Both the position numbers and the translations under genes were made by a program. Below the pieces are notes generated by a model. It saw nothing but the letters and a program-made list of their open reading frames with translations, did no database searches and was not told the origin of the DNA. A DNA stretch of 64,000 bases from Octopus sinensis (lineage: Eukaryota). Shown piece after piece: positions 26,979 through 39,680 of this stretch (positions within the stretch are counted from its first letter, which is position 1; each line of letters begins with the position of its first letter). The stretch is taken from the NCBI RefSeq assembly GCF_006345805.1, contig NC_042998.1:190898001-190962000 (forward strand). Direction: 5' to 3'.

Positions 26979-27217
26979 TTACTGCTTGGAATCGAACTCG
27001 AAATATTGGGGTTAGTAGCCTGCGCTATTTACTACTACGCCATATGCCCGTGGGCATATGGAATGAGAACCCAGATTCGAAATTTCCCCAAGACACCTGA
27101 TGAAGGCTGGAGGGTATATCAGCCGAAACCTTGTGTTAATAACAAAAAAAGATGAGGACAAATATTCTTCAATTGTAAATAATGTACATAATTCCTTATC
27201 TCTTAAATATAGAACTG
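26756..27217. mobile_element. Composite element: inverted hammerhead-bearing arms enclosing (AAT)n and a tRNA-like head; 12-bp TSD
   Basis: Arms 26763-26881 and 27060-27186; TSD taaaataatcta at 26744-26755 and 27218-27229; CTGATGA-a-GGCTG...CAGCC-GAAAC in both arms. Confidence 0.8.
26975..27049 (-). pseudogene. tRNA-like Pol III head (not a functional tRNA)
   Basis: A box tggcgtagtag, B box gttcgattcc, anticodon-like loop ctactaa; T and acceptor stems do not pair; no CCA context. Confidence 0.7.
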
Positions 27218-27224
27218 TAAAATA

Positions 27225-27410
<186 letters not shown>

Positions 27411-27815
27411 CTGTGTGTCTCGCTGTCTCTTTGACTGGAAGTCTGTGTGTATGCCATTGTGTTTATTGGTGCACTTTTAAGTCAAAATCGTAAATTAGCT
27501 TTTCGATAATTAGTGATCGATAAAACATCTACTACACTGAAATAAGTATTCCGATCGATTTGATCGACTATATACGTCCTCGAGGAAAAAAGAAAAAATC
27601 TTTGTTTCGATGTTTGGAATCCTTACTGCATAGTCGAAATTCTGTGTAATAGTGAATTACTAGGTCAATTCTTTGATTATAATCATCCATTGTCTTTTTT
27701 TTTTTTTTGCCTTTGTTTGAAATCGATATTTATAACTATTCACTTGTGTGTGAGCATAGTTTAAACCAGAGAAGCGATTGACATAATCACGGTATATATA
27801 TATATATATATTATA

Positions 27816-28060
27816 TATATCAAATAGAGATAAAACCACTATTAGGCAAATCATACAATGAAAAACTTAAGCCAATACATAAGATAAATTAATTTATATT
27901 ATTTTAAATATATATCAAAATTATTAAAAAAGATAATTAGTATAATTAGAATAATTTTGATATATATTTAAAATAATATAATTTAATTAATCTTATGTAT
28001 TGGCTTAAGTTTTTCATTGTATGATTTGCCTAATAGTGGTTTTATCTCTAATTTGATATA
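27816..28060. repeat. Fold-back inverted repeat, ~110-bp arms, 24-nt loop
   Basis: 27816-27925 vs 27950-28060: 2 mismatches and 1 indel. Confidence 0.95.
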
Positions 28061-28140
28061 ATATAATATTTTACTATATAATTGGATTCAATCCTAAATC
28101 TGATTTTTCCCTGTAAGTTTGGATTTATTCCCTAATATTT

Positions 28141-28205
<65 letters not shown>

Positions 28206-28380
28206 AAATCTCTGAGCGAGAATTAAAACAGTAACAGTACGGAATCGTAAAACATCTTTGCCAAATAAATGTGGCGGTCTTATAGATATGTAATGAATGC
28301 CCCACCACAAAACAAAACAAAAAAAAACAAGAAAAAGACACAAGCAAAGAACAACAACGCAAGGACGTGGTAATGCAAAG

Positions 28381-28423
<43 letters not shown>

Positions 28424-28492
28424 TATATTTTTATATATGTGAGTGTGTGTATGTATATATTTATATGTACGTATATACATAATACATATATA

Positions 28493-28528
<36 letters not shown>

Positions 28529-29158
28529 GCACACACACACACACATATATATATATACATACATACATATACAGGTATATCAAATGACCTCAAATTTTGA
28601 CCGCTTGTAGCTATTATTTGGCACGTTAACAATAGTAATCTCAGACACAACTGTTGAATCAGATACAACTGTCAATAATTCATTCGCATAAGAAGAATAT
28701 ATCCCCAATCTCATTAAATCTACTTGTGTTAATTATGGTGTAAATAACTTTACTACGAACAAAATGTTGTGACTTTGGTTGATTTATATTCAGAGTTCAG
28801 GATATACTTACACCTTCTTCAATGTGTTGTCTTGTATTGGTCAAATCAATAACGAGGTAATTCAAATTTACACCCTACCATATGGCCCCACACACGTATA
28901 AGTGTATGTAGCAATTATATCATGGAAGAATCATCGTAAGTATTTAAAAGCAGGTATATCATTCCATTTGTTTCATAGTATTCTATGGTACGAATTACCA
29001 AGAATCTTCGCTGTACTTTCACCACGGCCTAATCACTGACAAAAAAGCCCCCTTGTCTCTCTTGCTCGTCGGTTATTATCTCAGATTTGTAATTAAGCAC
29101 GGGACACATTGATCTATGTATGTATGTATGCATGCATGTATGTATGTATGTATGTATG

Positions 29159-29192
<34 letters not shown>

Positions 29193-29293
29193 TGTATGTA
29201 TGTATGTATGTATCTGTCTATGTGTCTGTCTATCTTCGGTCTGTCAATCTGTCTGTCTCTCTCTCTCACCTTATATATATATATATATATATA

Positions 29294-29496
29294 TTACCAC
29301 GTGTGTATCGTTGGTGATTTCTTTTCCTCCGTCTTCCCTTCCTTGGACTTTTCCTTTTCCTATGTTTCCGACGAAGAGCTCTGCTCGAAACGTTAAGCCC
29401 TCCTTCCTTTCCTGACCGTCCAATAACACTATACTTGTTTCACGTCCTCGCGTTGTTGTGTTTTCTCTTTGTGTTTTCATGTTTGGATTAACTATA
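29294..29496 (+). mobile_element. Short Penelope-like terminal remnant between (TA)n runs, with hammerhead-like motif
   Basis: 29364-29398 gttt CCGACGA a GAGC tct GCTC GAAA CG TT aagc; a related fragment lies at ~28300-28385 on the minus strand. Confidence 0.6.
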
Positions 29497-30039
29497 TAAA
29501 TATATATATATATATATATATACATGTTACCGTATATATGATATATTGAAGTGGTGTTGTATTTTCGCAACTGTAGTTTTACTCTACAACAGTCGCCAGG
29601 AGAACATGCACACACAAACACCTGCACGTGCTCATTTGCTTTGAGACTCGTATATATCAAGATAAGGGAAGGACGCCGAGTACGTCTTCTCAGAGAAGTC
29701 GTCCCGTGCCTGAGTTTTCACACAATGAATACCATAGAAAAATGTGTTTTCGTTCTTAAGTTCCCCCACAGCGAAGGTCTCTAACATCTCTAAAATTATG
29801 CAAGTACTTCATGTATATCAATAATGCCGTAATCAAACGACCACTGCGATGGCTAGTCCTGCAACGACTGACTGGAGTTAAATATGCTATCAAGCGATGT
29901 TAAATGACACCTACGAGATGACGTTTAGACGCAAGCTGAATGCCAATCAGTAAGCTATGCTTCTAACTTTATTATATGATTTAGGAAAGCATTGTTACAC
30001 TATTGTCCAGATGACAAGTATAGATGCCCGAATATAGAT

Positions 30040-30131
<92 letters not shown>

Positions 30132-30994
30132 TCCAGTATTTCAATGCACGAACAAGATGGGAATAATAATATTTTAATTCGTAAAAGTAGGTGAATTCTA
30201 AAGTACACTTTAATAGTTTTTCCTTTCTGCATTTTACTGCAATAAAGAGCTTGTGGTTGTTTAAACTGCTCATTAACCATTCTAATCTCTCTAATCACTG
30301 ATAAGTCCTCTGATGGCCATGAAGAACATAAACTTTCTTCCGACTAAAACTATAGTGGTTCATATAATAGTTTAATGATGAAGTGGCAAAACGTACCCGT
30401 TGCCCTACATCTGACTTTAAGAACAAATTGAAGAATCTGAAGGTCTTGGAAAATGGTGTTTCAGCAAAATTACAGTGTTTAAAAATAAGAAGGTCTTCAA
30501 CTTCGTTATGAAAGGAATCAATATCATGTTGATATTGATATCTGCATATAATTTATTGGGTTACGTGATAGAATTCAACGGTTTACTATAGTCGTATCTA
30601 CAGATATTTCTATTTCAATCTGTTCCGTTTATATCCGTGATGCAACAGAAAAGGTAGCAAATGACCGATTGTTACGAAGCAACAATCGTTGGTATCTGCA
30701 GTTTGCATCATTTTTAACTGTGCTGTAATGTTAGTCATGAGCAAAATATTTCCCATTTAATGCAAATTGAAGAGAGCTCTTTAGTTCACACTACACAAGA
30801 CTTTAACAACAATAAACAGGTGCGCTGTCATCTTTTCTTTCAGCATTTCATTTCCACTGAAACTAAAGATTAATACTGTGCATAAAGGTGGCTGTGAATG
30901 AAAGTTGTGATGAGAAAAATATTTCATCACTTCCTACAAGGGCGACAATTCAGGGCAAATTACAAAACCATTTTGGAATTACACAGAATAAGCA

Positions 30995-31032
<38 letters not shown>

Positions 31033-31440
31033 GAAAATAATAGTTATCGCCATACTAATATGGCATTCTTATAAAAATAAGAAAAAAGCTGTCCGCTTAT
31101 TAGCTCCATGAGGCCATCGCCTTAAGTTAGCTATTTGATACACAAACTGTATCCATATAACCTTCGAACAAGGGAGGTCAGTCGCTCCACACTACTTGAC
31201 CGGCAGCTACAGACGCGTTTCGGGGTATTGCCCCTTTTCAATGCAGCGTAGCCAGCCAGTAGGTGTCGCTTCCGACAATCTCTGTTCGATGGTTTTATTT
31301 ACCTAGTTTCGGTGGAATACATCCACTTGTTTTCAATAATAGAAATATTAAGGCGATGGCCTCATGGAGCTAATAAGCGGACAGCTTTTTTCTTATTTTT
31401 ATAAGAATGCCATATTAGTATGGCGATAACTATTATTTTC
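31033..31440 (-). mobile_element. Penelope-like/retrozyme-like unit with perfect 93-bp inverted arms
   Basis: 31033-31125 is the exact reverse complement of 31348-31440; 222-bp spacer; (TA)n on the left flank. Confidence 0.8.
31206..31247 (-). ncRNA. Minimal type I hammerhead ribozyme motif, U3-A8 variant, GUC cleavage triplet
   Basis: Minus strand reads gctgca TTGAAAA GGGG caata CCCC GAAA C GC G TC tgtagc: 6-bp stem I, 4-bp stem II, palindromic ACGCGU stem III. Confidence 0.7.
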
Positions 31441-33437
31441 CGGGAACGCTGCCGCTGTTCTCTTTTAGAGAGACTTAGTTATTTTAATATTTCTATTATA
31501 TACATAGATATATAGATATATAAGTGCTTGTATATATATATATATACATATACATACGGACTCGCCCACCCCCACACATACACATTCACTCACACATATA
31601 CACACGCTCACTCACACGCACACACAAACAAACAGGCACACAACACACATATATCAGCTTCAGCTCGTGAGTTGCGACCATGCTGGAGCACTGCCTTTCC
31701 CTTTGCTACTGTTATATATTTATATAATATATATTCTAATACCCAGATGAATATAGATGTATAAAGATATGCTAGTATTTCTTAAATATACATAGGCCTC
31801 AATAAACATATAAGAACATATATGGTTATATTATAGATATATCAATATATTTTCCTCTAAATATTTTATATATGTTATGTAAAATGGTGTCAATATTACT
31901 TTTTAATTAAATGTCACCAGGCACAAAAATGTCATTAATATTAATGAAAAATCACGAGATCTTTTGGAAGAAAGGGTTTTCACAAATATGTTGTACTTGT
32001 GGTGAGATTTCATTGAATTGAAACCTCATGTTTCAGCTGCAGAAGTTTGAATAGAATTATTGCAATATGGACAATGCAATTTCAATACAACGTCTTATGT
32101 TGCAATTTCATTTCTCGACTACACGTTTCAGTTGGCCGGTCAAAATATGGAGGCGCATAAATTAGAAATATATGAGCAGTCAGATAACGGCGAACATATA
32201 TGCTCACACCAGCTAAGAAAATTAATTCGTCCTACATCTACTCTCATGTAATCGTTTATACAATAGCTTCCAAATCAATAGATTGAACAGAAATAATACT
32301 TAAATAAATAAAACATCATGTAAATGTGATCATTCCTGCAGACGTTAGTATAAACTTTATGGCACCGGTATAGATTAGTACCCGTCAGTGTTAGCGCTAA
32401 AATGCTTACTGTAAAAGTGGATATTTATTAAGCAGATAGTTTATCAAGCTGAAAATATTTACTTGTCTTTCCGAGATAGTTAGGAAGAATATCACCATTA
32501 ATATTGTTAAACTGAGTCCAAGGCATTTTCTTCTGCTTAGATTTCACTTTAGAAAAGCAAGTCTTCACACGTCAATGATTTCCCAAGGAATTAACAGTTA
32601 TGAAAGACTAGATACACACTGACTAAATCTAACATGTTTGGCGAGACTATATGAATTATTGGGCGACACAAAACATTGATTTCAATTACTAGCACGAGGC
32701 CAGAAACTTATAGACGGTGGTATATAAATGACTTGAATCAGCCCCTCTATAAATGATATTTATCTTATCAATTGGATCCCAGATGGATAAAGGGCCAATT
32801 TAACCTTCGTGATATAAGAACTAAGTACTTAAAAGTTCGAACTAAATACTAGGATCTTTTATCTGGAATTTCATGATTCGGTTTTTTCATCACCATCATT
32901 ACGTTTGATAGATATACCTTCATTCATCAAATATTTTGTTATGCAATGGAAATTTTAAAAACTACCGTTTGATGTCTTAATAATTATTGTCCACTTTACA
33001 GCTTATGAATTGATACATACATTAAATATAGCATATACGTACCAAGAAACTCTATTCCGGCACGCTTTAAAATATTTGCGACATTGTTGTTTCTTCACAA
33101 CCGAATACTTGAACATATACTTCCTAGAGACTTACTTCCAAAACACATAACAAGTTCACAAATATATTGTAATGTGCCTTCATTCTGGCAACAAAAACTT
33201 GAATACATGCACAGATGTGACTGTGCGCTCACAGACATACCCATGTGATAGTAGTCTCTCGTGGTCCGAAAAAGACGGTTCTGCAACTTCTTGCAGATCG
33301 ACTTGCACGAATGATTTGTTTATAGTGATCAAATGCATGTGTTGCACATTAGTTCACTCCCTCCATCAAATCGATGTTGCCTGAAAAGGTGCTCCGTGTA
33401 CTACATTTCAGCATGTTGATCTACGATTGCTTCGATA

Positions 33438-33568
33438 CACTGGAGTGTAGTACAACATGAAGTGGAGTATTTTGCTCAAGAACACAACACACCATCCAGA
33501 CCAGTAATTGCAACCAGGATCTGGCGACCGTGAGAGCAACAATCTTACCATAAGACCATGTGCCCTCA
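33438..33568 (-). mobile_element. Degenerate tRNA-headed SINE 5' fragment
   Basis: gagggcacatggtcttatggtaag...gtgttgtgttcttgagcaaaatact resembles the central domain of the 11433 copy. Confidence 0.45.
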
Positions 33569-34523
33569 CACGCATACACATACACACATAAACATATACA
33601 GACATTCATGCAAGGGTACAAAGAAAAGATCACTCAATAACTCATGTAGAGAATATATATAATATAGTCGCCATTTTCTACTACGTATATATTATATATG
33701 AAATGGTTGCCATTATTACCACGTGGTACAGGTATATAAAAAAACAACTGCGCTGTTTACGCATTTCACTCTAAAGTTTCATGAAAAACATTATCCAATT
33801 AAATTTCAGTTATACCAACAGTATTAATTATTATCAAACAATTTTAATTAGTAACCAATGGTAACTAAGATAACACTGTTTTTTCAATATGGTGGTTAAA
33901 GTTAAAGCAATTTAAGTGTCTTTAAATTAAAGCTGACTAAAGTATAATCATATTATCGTCCAGTAATTGGCGAAGATGAATATAAATGATAGCCATGAAG
34001 ATTTTTTTTTATGTTGCTGTTGTTAATGATGATGATGATGATGATAACAATAGTTATGATGATAATGATGAGGTGGGGGAGAATGAAGAGCATCGTGATG
34101 ATGCTACCACTGTTGATGGTGATAATTATGATAATAGTGATCATGAAAACGACGAGGACAACTACGATGACCATATCAGTAAAACAACAAGAAGGGAAAG
34201 TGCAATATACAGTGCAAATGACTTTCTACGGATCACATGGATGCATGCCACTATCTTTAGCAAATTGAACGACTACATATATATATATTCCTGCGCATCA
34301 TCTCACGAACTGGTGAAGATCCGAATATTTTTATACTTTAAGAAAATTACTCACCCTCGCATAGGATGCCAGTCAATCTCAGGTGACCCTGTGCCAGGTT
34401 GAGTTAAAAGTTTTTCAGATTTTCACTGATACTTTTGGCGACTTTTATCTCCATGTTATATCATTATTATTATAATACTATTCATATCGAGTAATTTCAT
34501 GTATATATATATATATATATATA

Positions 34524-34711
34524 GGGAAAGTTTACGAAAAAAAACCCAAAGACGAAGACAGGTGGTCTACAAAACATACATATGTATTAGTATAGCGCTC
34601 AGGAATAGAAAAAGTCTTTTACGTTTCGAGCCTACGCTCTTCTACAGTAAAATCAAGGAGAGAAACAAAGAGAGAAAAAATGTGTGTAGTGGCTAACGAT
34701 CTATCAAGGCG
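34524..34711 (-). mobile_element. Short (TA)n-flanked repeat with hammerhead-like motif (same family as 58097-58257)
   Basis: Minus 34652-34616 reads tttta CTGTAGA a GAGC gtag GCTC GAAA CG TA aaag; the tail matches 58150-58257. Confidence 0.7.
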
Positions 34712-34807
34712 TATATATATATATGTATGTATATATATGTAGGTCCCGGGTTGAGTCGGGGTTAACCACAGTAAATAAGGTACTCAATACATAGCAGAGT
34801 AAATTAA

Positions 34808-34923
34808 TTTATTATATAGAAGGAGCTTCTACAGGACTGGAACTGTTTCATTCAAAAGAAATCATCAGATTTCTTTTGAATGAAACAGTTCTAGTCCTGT
34901 AGAAGCTCCTTCTATATAATAAA
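34808..34923. repeat. Near-perfect hairpin, 56-bp stem, 4-nt loop
   Basis: 34808-34863 vs 34868-34923, loop atca, one G-T pair. Confidence 0.97.
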
Positions 34924-35563
34924 AAAATGTATATATATATATATATATATAATATGAGAGTATATGTATGTTTCTCAGTATGCATGCGTATATGTGTATG
35001 AACGGACATATATGCATACGGGTACATACAGAGATACATATTTATGCATATCCAATATATACCATCATTGAAAATGTACAATACTTAAGGTGCAAAATAC
35101 GTGAGCTGTATATGGAAGTTAATGAAAGAGTTTATAACAATAGACATTTACTCTCATTTCTTGATAACAACAAGTCTTGTTAATTACTTGTAATCATTGT
35201 TCATAATCATCGAACTAATAGTTAATGTAACCAGGAAAGATACTAGACGAACAAATACATAATCTCCAAGCTTTTGGTAATGACAATCGACATGGTCAAT
35301 GAGAACATTGTTGATATTGCTTACCATGAGGTCATAAAAGCCAGAGCATATATATATATATATATGATGCAACCGATAGTTGTCCACCCATGTCTGCAAT
35401 TTGGTTTACTTACTGGCCATACGAAGATGTATAGCTGTTGAAAGGTGAAAATTTAAAAACTGTTACATACCAAATGGCTTTTTCAATATGTAGCATGTCC
35501 AGCAAAGAACTGTGTTAAACCTACATCTCTTTATAATAGAATCGTAGCGAAAACTTATCTGTT

Positions 35564-35744
35564 AATATTATTCCAAACTTACAGGGCAAAATTCAATTTA
35601 GAAATACTAAATCAAATTTCACAAAATATAATATATATATATATATATATAAATTAGAAAAAAATCACCTTTTATCAAATCAATAATGAAAATAATTTAA
35701 TTTTTCATTATTGAATTGATAAAAGATGGTTTTTTTCTAATTTA
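35564..35744 (+). repeat. AT-rich repeat with fold-back 3' module (43-bp arms, 9-nt loop)
   Basis: Arms 35650-35692 and 35702-35744 with 3 mismatches; 5' module shared with 52224. Confidence 0.85.
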
Positions 35745-35844
35745 TATATATATATATATATACGTATATCTACCTATCTATCAGTCTTTCTGTCTGTTAG
35801 TTTGCCCATCTCTATCTTTAATAGACAGACATACAGACATACAG

Positions 35845-35973
35845 ACAGATAGATAGATAGATAGATACATACATACATACATACATACATACATACATAC
35901 ATACATACATAGATGGATGGATAGATAGATAGATTGATAGATATATAGATAGACAGATAGATAGATAGATAGG

Positions 35974-36045
<72 letters not shown>

Positions 36046-36050
36046 CAGAC
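35845..36050. repeat. (GATA)n/(CATA)n compound microsatellite
   Basis: Seen directly. Confidence 0.97.
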
Positions 36051-36433
36051 AGACAAGCAAACAGATAAATAGAAGGATAGATAGGGAGTGATACATCTAG
36101 CAATGTAACGCAATTCCTTTAGAAAGAAATGTTCCCAATTATTATTGTTTTCCATTGTTGGAGCTATTCAAGCATCAGAGAAGTCAAACATCATCCGGGG
36201 CTCTTCCTTCAGTTAGGCAACAATCAGTAGTACTATAGTGATTTAATCAGCATTTGTCGGGAAAACAATAACGTTCTTCATTAGGAATTGTTTTTAGGAG
36301 CGACGATGGTAGGGAAACACTTCTTTCATTTGCACAATTTGTCTATTTAATGCTATTCATTCCCGTACATTTTGGTATATACATACATGAATATATACAT
36401 ACATGAATACATATATATATATATATATATAAT

Positions 36434-36482
<49 letters not shown>

Positions 36483-36569
36483 GTATGTATATACATATAT
36501 ATGTATATATATGTATATATATTATATATATACACACGTATGTATATACATATATATGTATGCATATAC

Positions 36570-36622
<53 letters not shown>

Positions 36623-36808
36623 TATATATTGTGTGCGTTTATAGATAGATACATGCACTCATATATGTATACATACATACATACACACACATATAAGGAT
36701 GTGTGCATATATACAATACATATGGATGTGCCCCTGTTTGAAGTATGCATGTGTCTGTCTTCTCTAAACACAAGTGCTTAAAGCTTGATTGCATGAATGT
36801 GTGCGTGT

Positions 36809-36840
<32 letters not shown>

Positions 36841-36932
36841 ACACACACACACTTACACATATATATATACACGCACATAGATTGTCTACATATATGTTCT
36901 TGCAAATGCAAACCCAATATTCGTGTATTCAT

Positions 36933-36971
<39 letters not shown>

Positions 36972-37405
36972 CAAGTTTATATACGAACGTATGTGTTTTT
37001 CGCATCTCTTTACATTTCCAGGGTTAATTGATATTATAAGTTCAATACGTTCATTAGTGCAGTTTGTGTACACAAACATAATTACTCATCAATAATTAAA
37101 TGGCAAAATAATTTTTTTTTATTCCAACAGTAATTTAGGCATTCTGTGTTTTTCCCTCAACCTCAAACCTCTTTGTAAGTCTTATAGATTTTCTTCTCAT
37201 TACTTCTGAGTTTAGACACCTCTTTTCACTATAATTGCATTATATCTTCGACCTTGATGGAGATATCATTACACTTACATAGACAATACGAACTCTCTCT
37301 GTCTCTGTCTCTCTTTTTATTTCTCTCTCTCTCTTTATTTCTCTCTCTCTCTCTCTTTATTTCGCTCTCTCTCTCTATATATATATTTATCTATCTATCT
37401 ATCTA

Positions 37406-37481
<76 letters not shown>

Positions 37482-37571
37482 TTTCTTTTTTAATTTTATT
37501 CCCCCCCTTTTTTGTCCTCTTTCTTTCCCTTTACGATCCCTTTTGATCGAAAACCAAACACCCTTTCTTAC

Positions 37572-37641
37572 CCCCAAAAGAAAAGCTCTACCTTGTAATT
37601 TGTCCTGTCTGTGTGCAGCCCTGTGTGGCTAATAAGGAAAC
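37572..37641 (+). mobile_element. Retroelement 3'-tail fragment (second copy at 41315-41385)
   Basis: ccccaaaagaaaagctctac.ttgtaatttgtcc.gtctgt...ctgtgtggctaataa.gaaac occurs twice. Confidence 0.6.
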
Positions 37642-37643
37642 AT

Positions 37644-37728
37644 ATCTATCTATCTATCTACCTACCTACCTACCTACATACATACCTACATACCTACCTA
37701 CCTACTACCTACCTACCTACCTACCTAC

Positions 37729-37784
<56 letters not shown>

Positions 37785-37788
37785 ATAT

Positions 37789-37874
<86 letters not shown>

Positions 37875-37875
37875 G
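37644..37875. repeat. (CTAC)n/(CTAT)n microsatellite
   Basis: Seen directly. Confidence 0.97.
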
Positions 37876-38324
37876 TGTGTCATTCTTTCTGTCTGCTTGC
37901 TCTGTGCGTGTGCGTATGTGCGTGCGTGTGTATGAGTGTGTGTGCCCGTGTACGTGCATTTATACATACATACATACATACATATATATATATATATGTG
38001 TGTTTGTGTGTATTTTTGGACTAATGGGGTTTGTGTCAGTTAATGTGTTGAGTAAAGCACGTTAGCAGTTTGGGGTCATCTACGGTTGGGGTATATTTCC
38101 TCTGGATCTACATCAAGAATTCTGCAATTTTCGTTGATATAATAATAATCTATGAATGTAGCGGAAAATGGATTTGGCATCAGTCTTTATACAATTGGAT
38201 TCACAATATTTTACGCACGGAAGACAGCTGCAGGGACGGGCCGAAACGATCGTCGTACCGAATAAAGACTAATGACAAATCCATCAGCCACTTCATTCAT
38301 ACACACACACACACACACACACAC

Positions 38325-38368
<44 letters not shown>

Positions 38369-38386
38369 TATATATATATACTATAT

Positions 38387-38616
38387 ATTTCTTTACTACC
38401 CACAAGGGGCTAAACACAGAAGGGACGAACAAGGACAGACAAACGGATTAAGTCAATTACATCGACCCCAGTACGCAACTGGTACTTAATTTATCGACCC
38501 TGAAAGGATGAAAGGCAAAGTCGACCTCGGCGGAATTTGAACCCAGAACGTAGCGATAGACGAAATACGGCTATGCATTTCGCCCGGCGTGCTAACGTTC
38601 CTGCTAGCTCGCCGCC
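38387..38616 (-). mobile_element. tRNA-derived SINE family 1, full-length monomer inserted in (TA)n
   Basis: Reverse complement of 7951-8180: ggcggcgagctagcaggaacgttagcacgccgggcgaaatgc...ggtagtaaagaaat. Confidence 0.95.
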
Positions 38617-39399
38617 TTATATATATATACATATATGTACATGTTACGCAGCCATGGGTGTATATTTCTTCTATTCATTTGCTTGACGTAGATAAATTTA
38701 TTCGTAGGCTCAGGAAGAAGTAAGCTGTAAAGGCAATACACCCGTGACCGCGAGTCGAATCTTGTTCGAAGCGGATCAGACATACCTGGCAGATTAAAAA
38801 CCTATGACGCATGGTTACAATCTTTGTATCATGAAACGTCTAACCAAATAAAGGTTTAATTGAGTAAGGACTAATTTCATATTTTATAAGATTGCAAAGA
38901 TATCAAAATATATTAGGCATGAAATCACGCAAACCATCAAAAATCTAATTAGTTCTTAAATGCCAGTCATTGGGACTTTTCCATTTTTTTTTCTAATCTT
39001 CTGGTGTTTTTTTTTAAAAACAACAAAGTTAAGATTATTTTATTTTGCAGCTATAATTCAAATTCCAGTTATAATTCAAGATGTGCTCTTTGGGAAATTT
39101 CAAAAGTGAGAAAATTGAATCGATCCGGACAAATGAAATGATAGTAATTTGAAGTCCATAAATTCTATAATTTTAAATATCGATCCGATATTGATTCTTT
39201 GTTTTTTTCTCCCCTAAACTAAAAGTTATTGCTATTAACTACCAATAACTTTTTCTACATTGATATCTTATTCTCATTTAATTTTCACAAATATTCCTCT
39301 TAAAATTAATTTTTTAAAAAATTCGCAAGAAAACAAAAAGCGACTACTTAGTGAATGAAATTTAAAAGAAGTAAATTTTACTCCATCTATTATAGTTTA

Positions 39400-39680
39400 T
39401 AATAGTTTAAGTAGCTTAGCTCCCCTCTCCATCAGGATACATTTGACTCACTCATCCCTCATCTTCTTGTTATCTATAATGATTACACTGACAAAAGCCC
39501 CGCAGTAACTTACTATGTCCATTCCTCCCTGACCCCTTCACAAGGTCGGTTTTCTGGATATCCCCACCTTTGTTCAGGTTTTTCCTACAGCCATTAATTT
39601 GAAGTTGTTCAAGAAGAACATCAACTGTATCGATCTGGTCGATCTCGGAGGAGGAGGGCCGCGAAGATAATAGGCAAAGT
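39400..39680 (+). mobile_element. Possible degraded CR1/L2-group LINE C-terminus
   Basis: One frame reads VQVFPTAINLKLFKKNINCIDL, resembling the ...FP..NL..FK..IN terminal motif; short and broken. Confidence 0.35.

Noticed and set aside
26975-27049. Functional tRNA-Ser(ACT) gene
   Set aside because: Acceptor and T stems do not pair, there is no long variable arm, and it lies inside a repeat.
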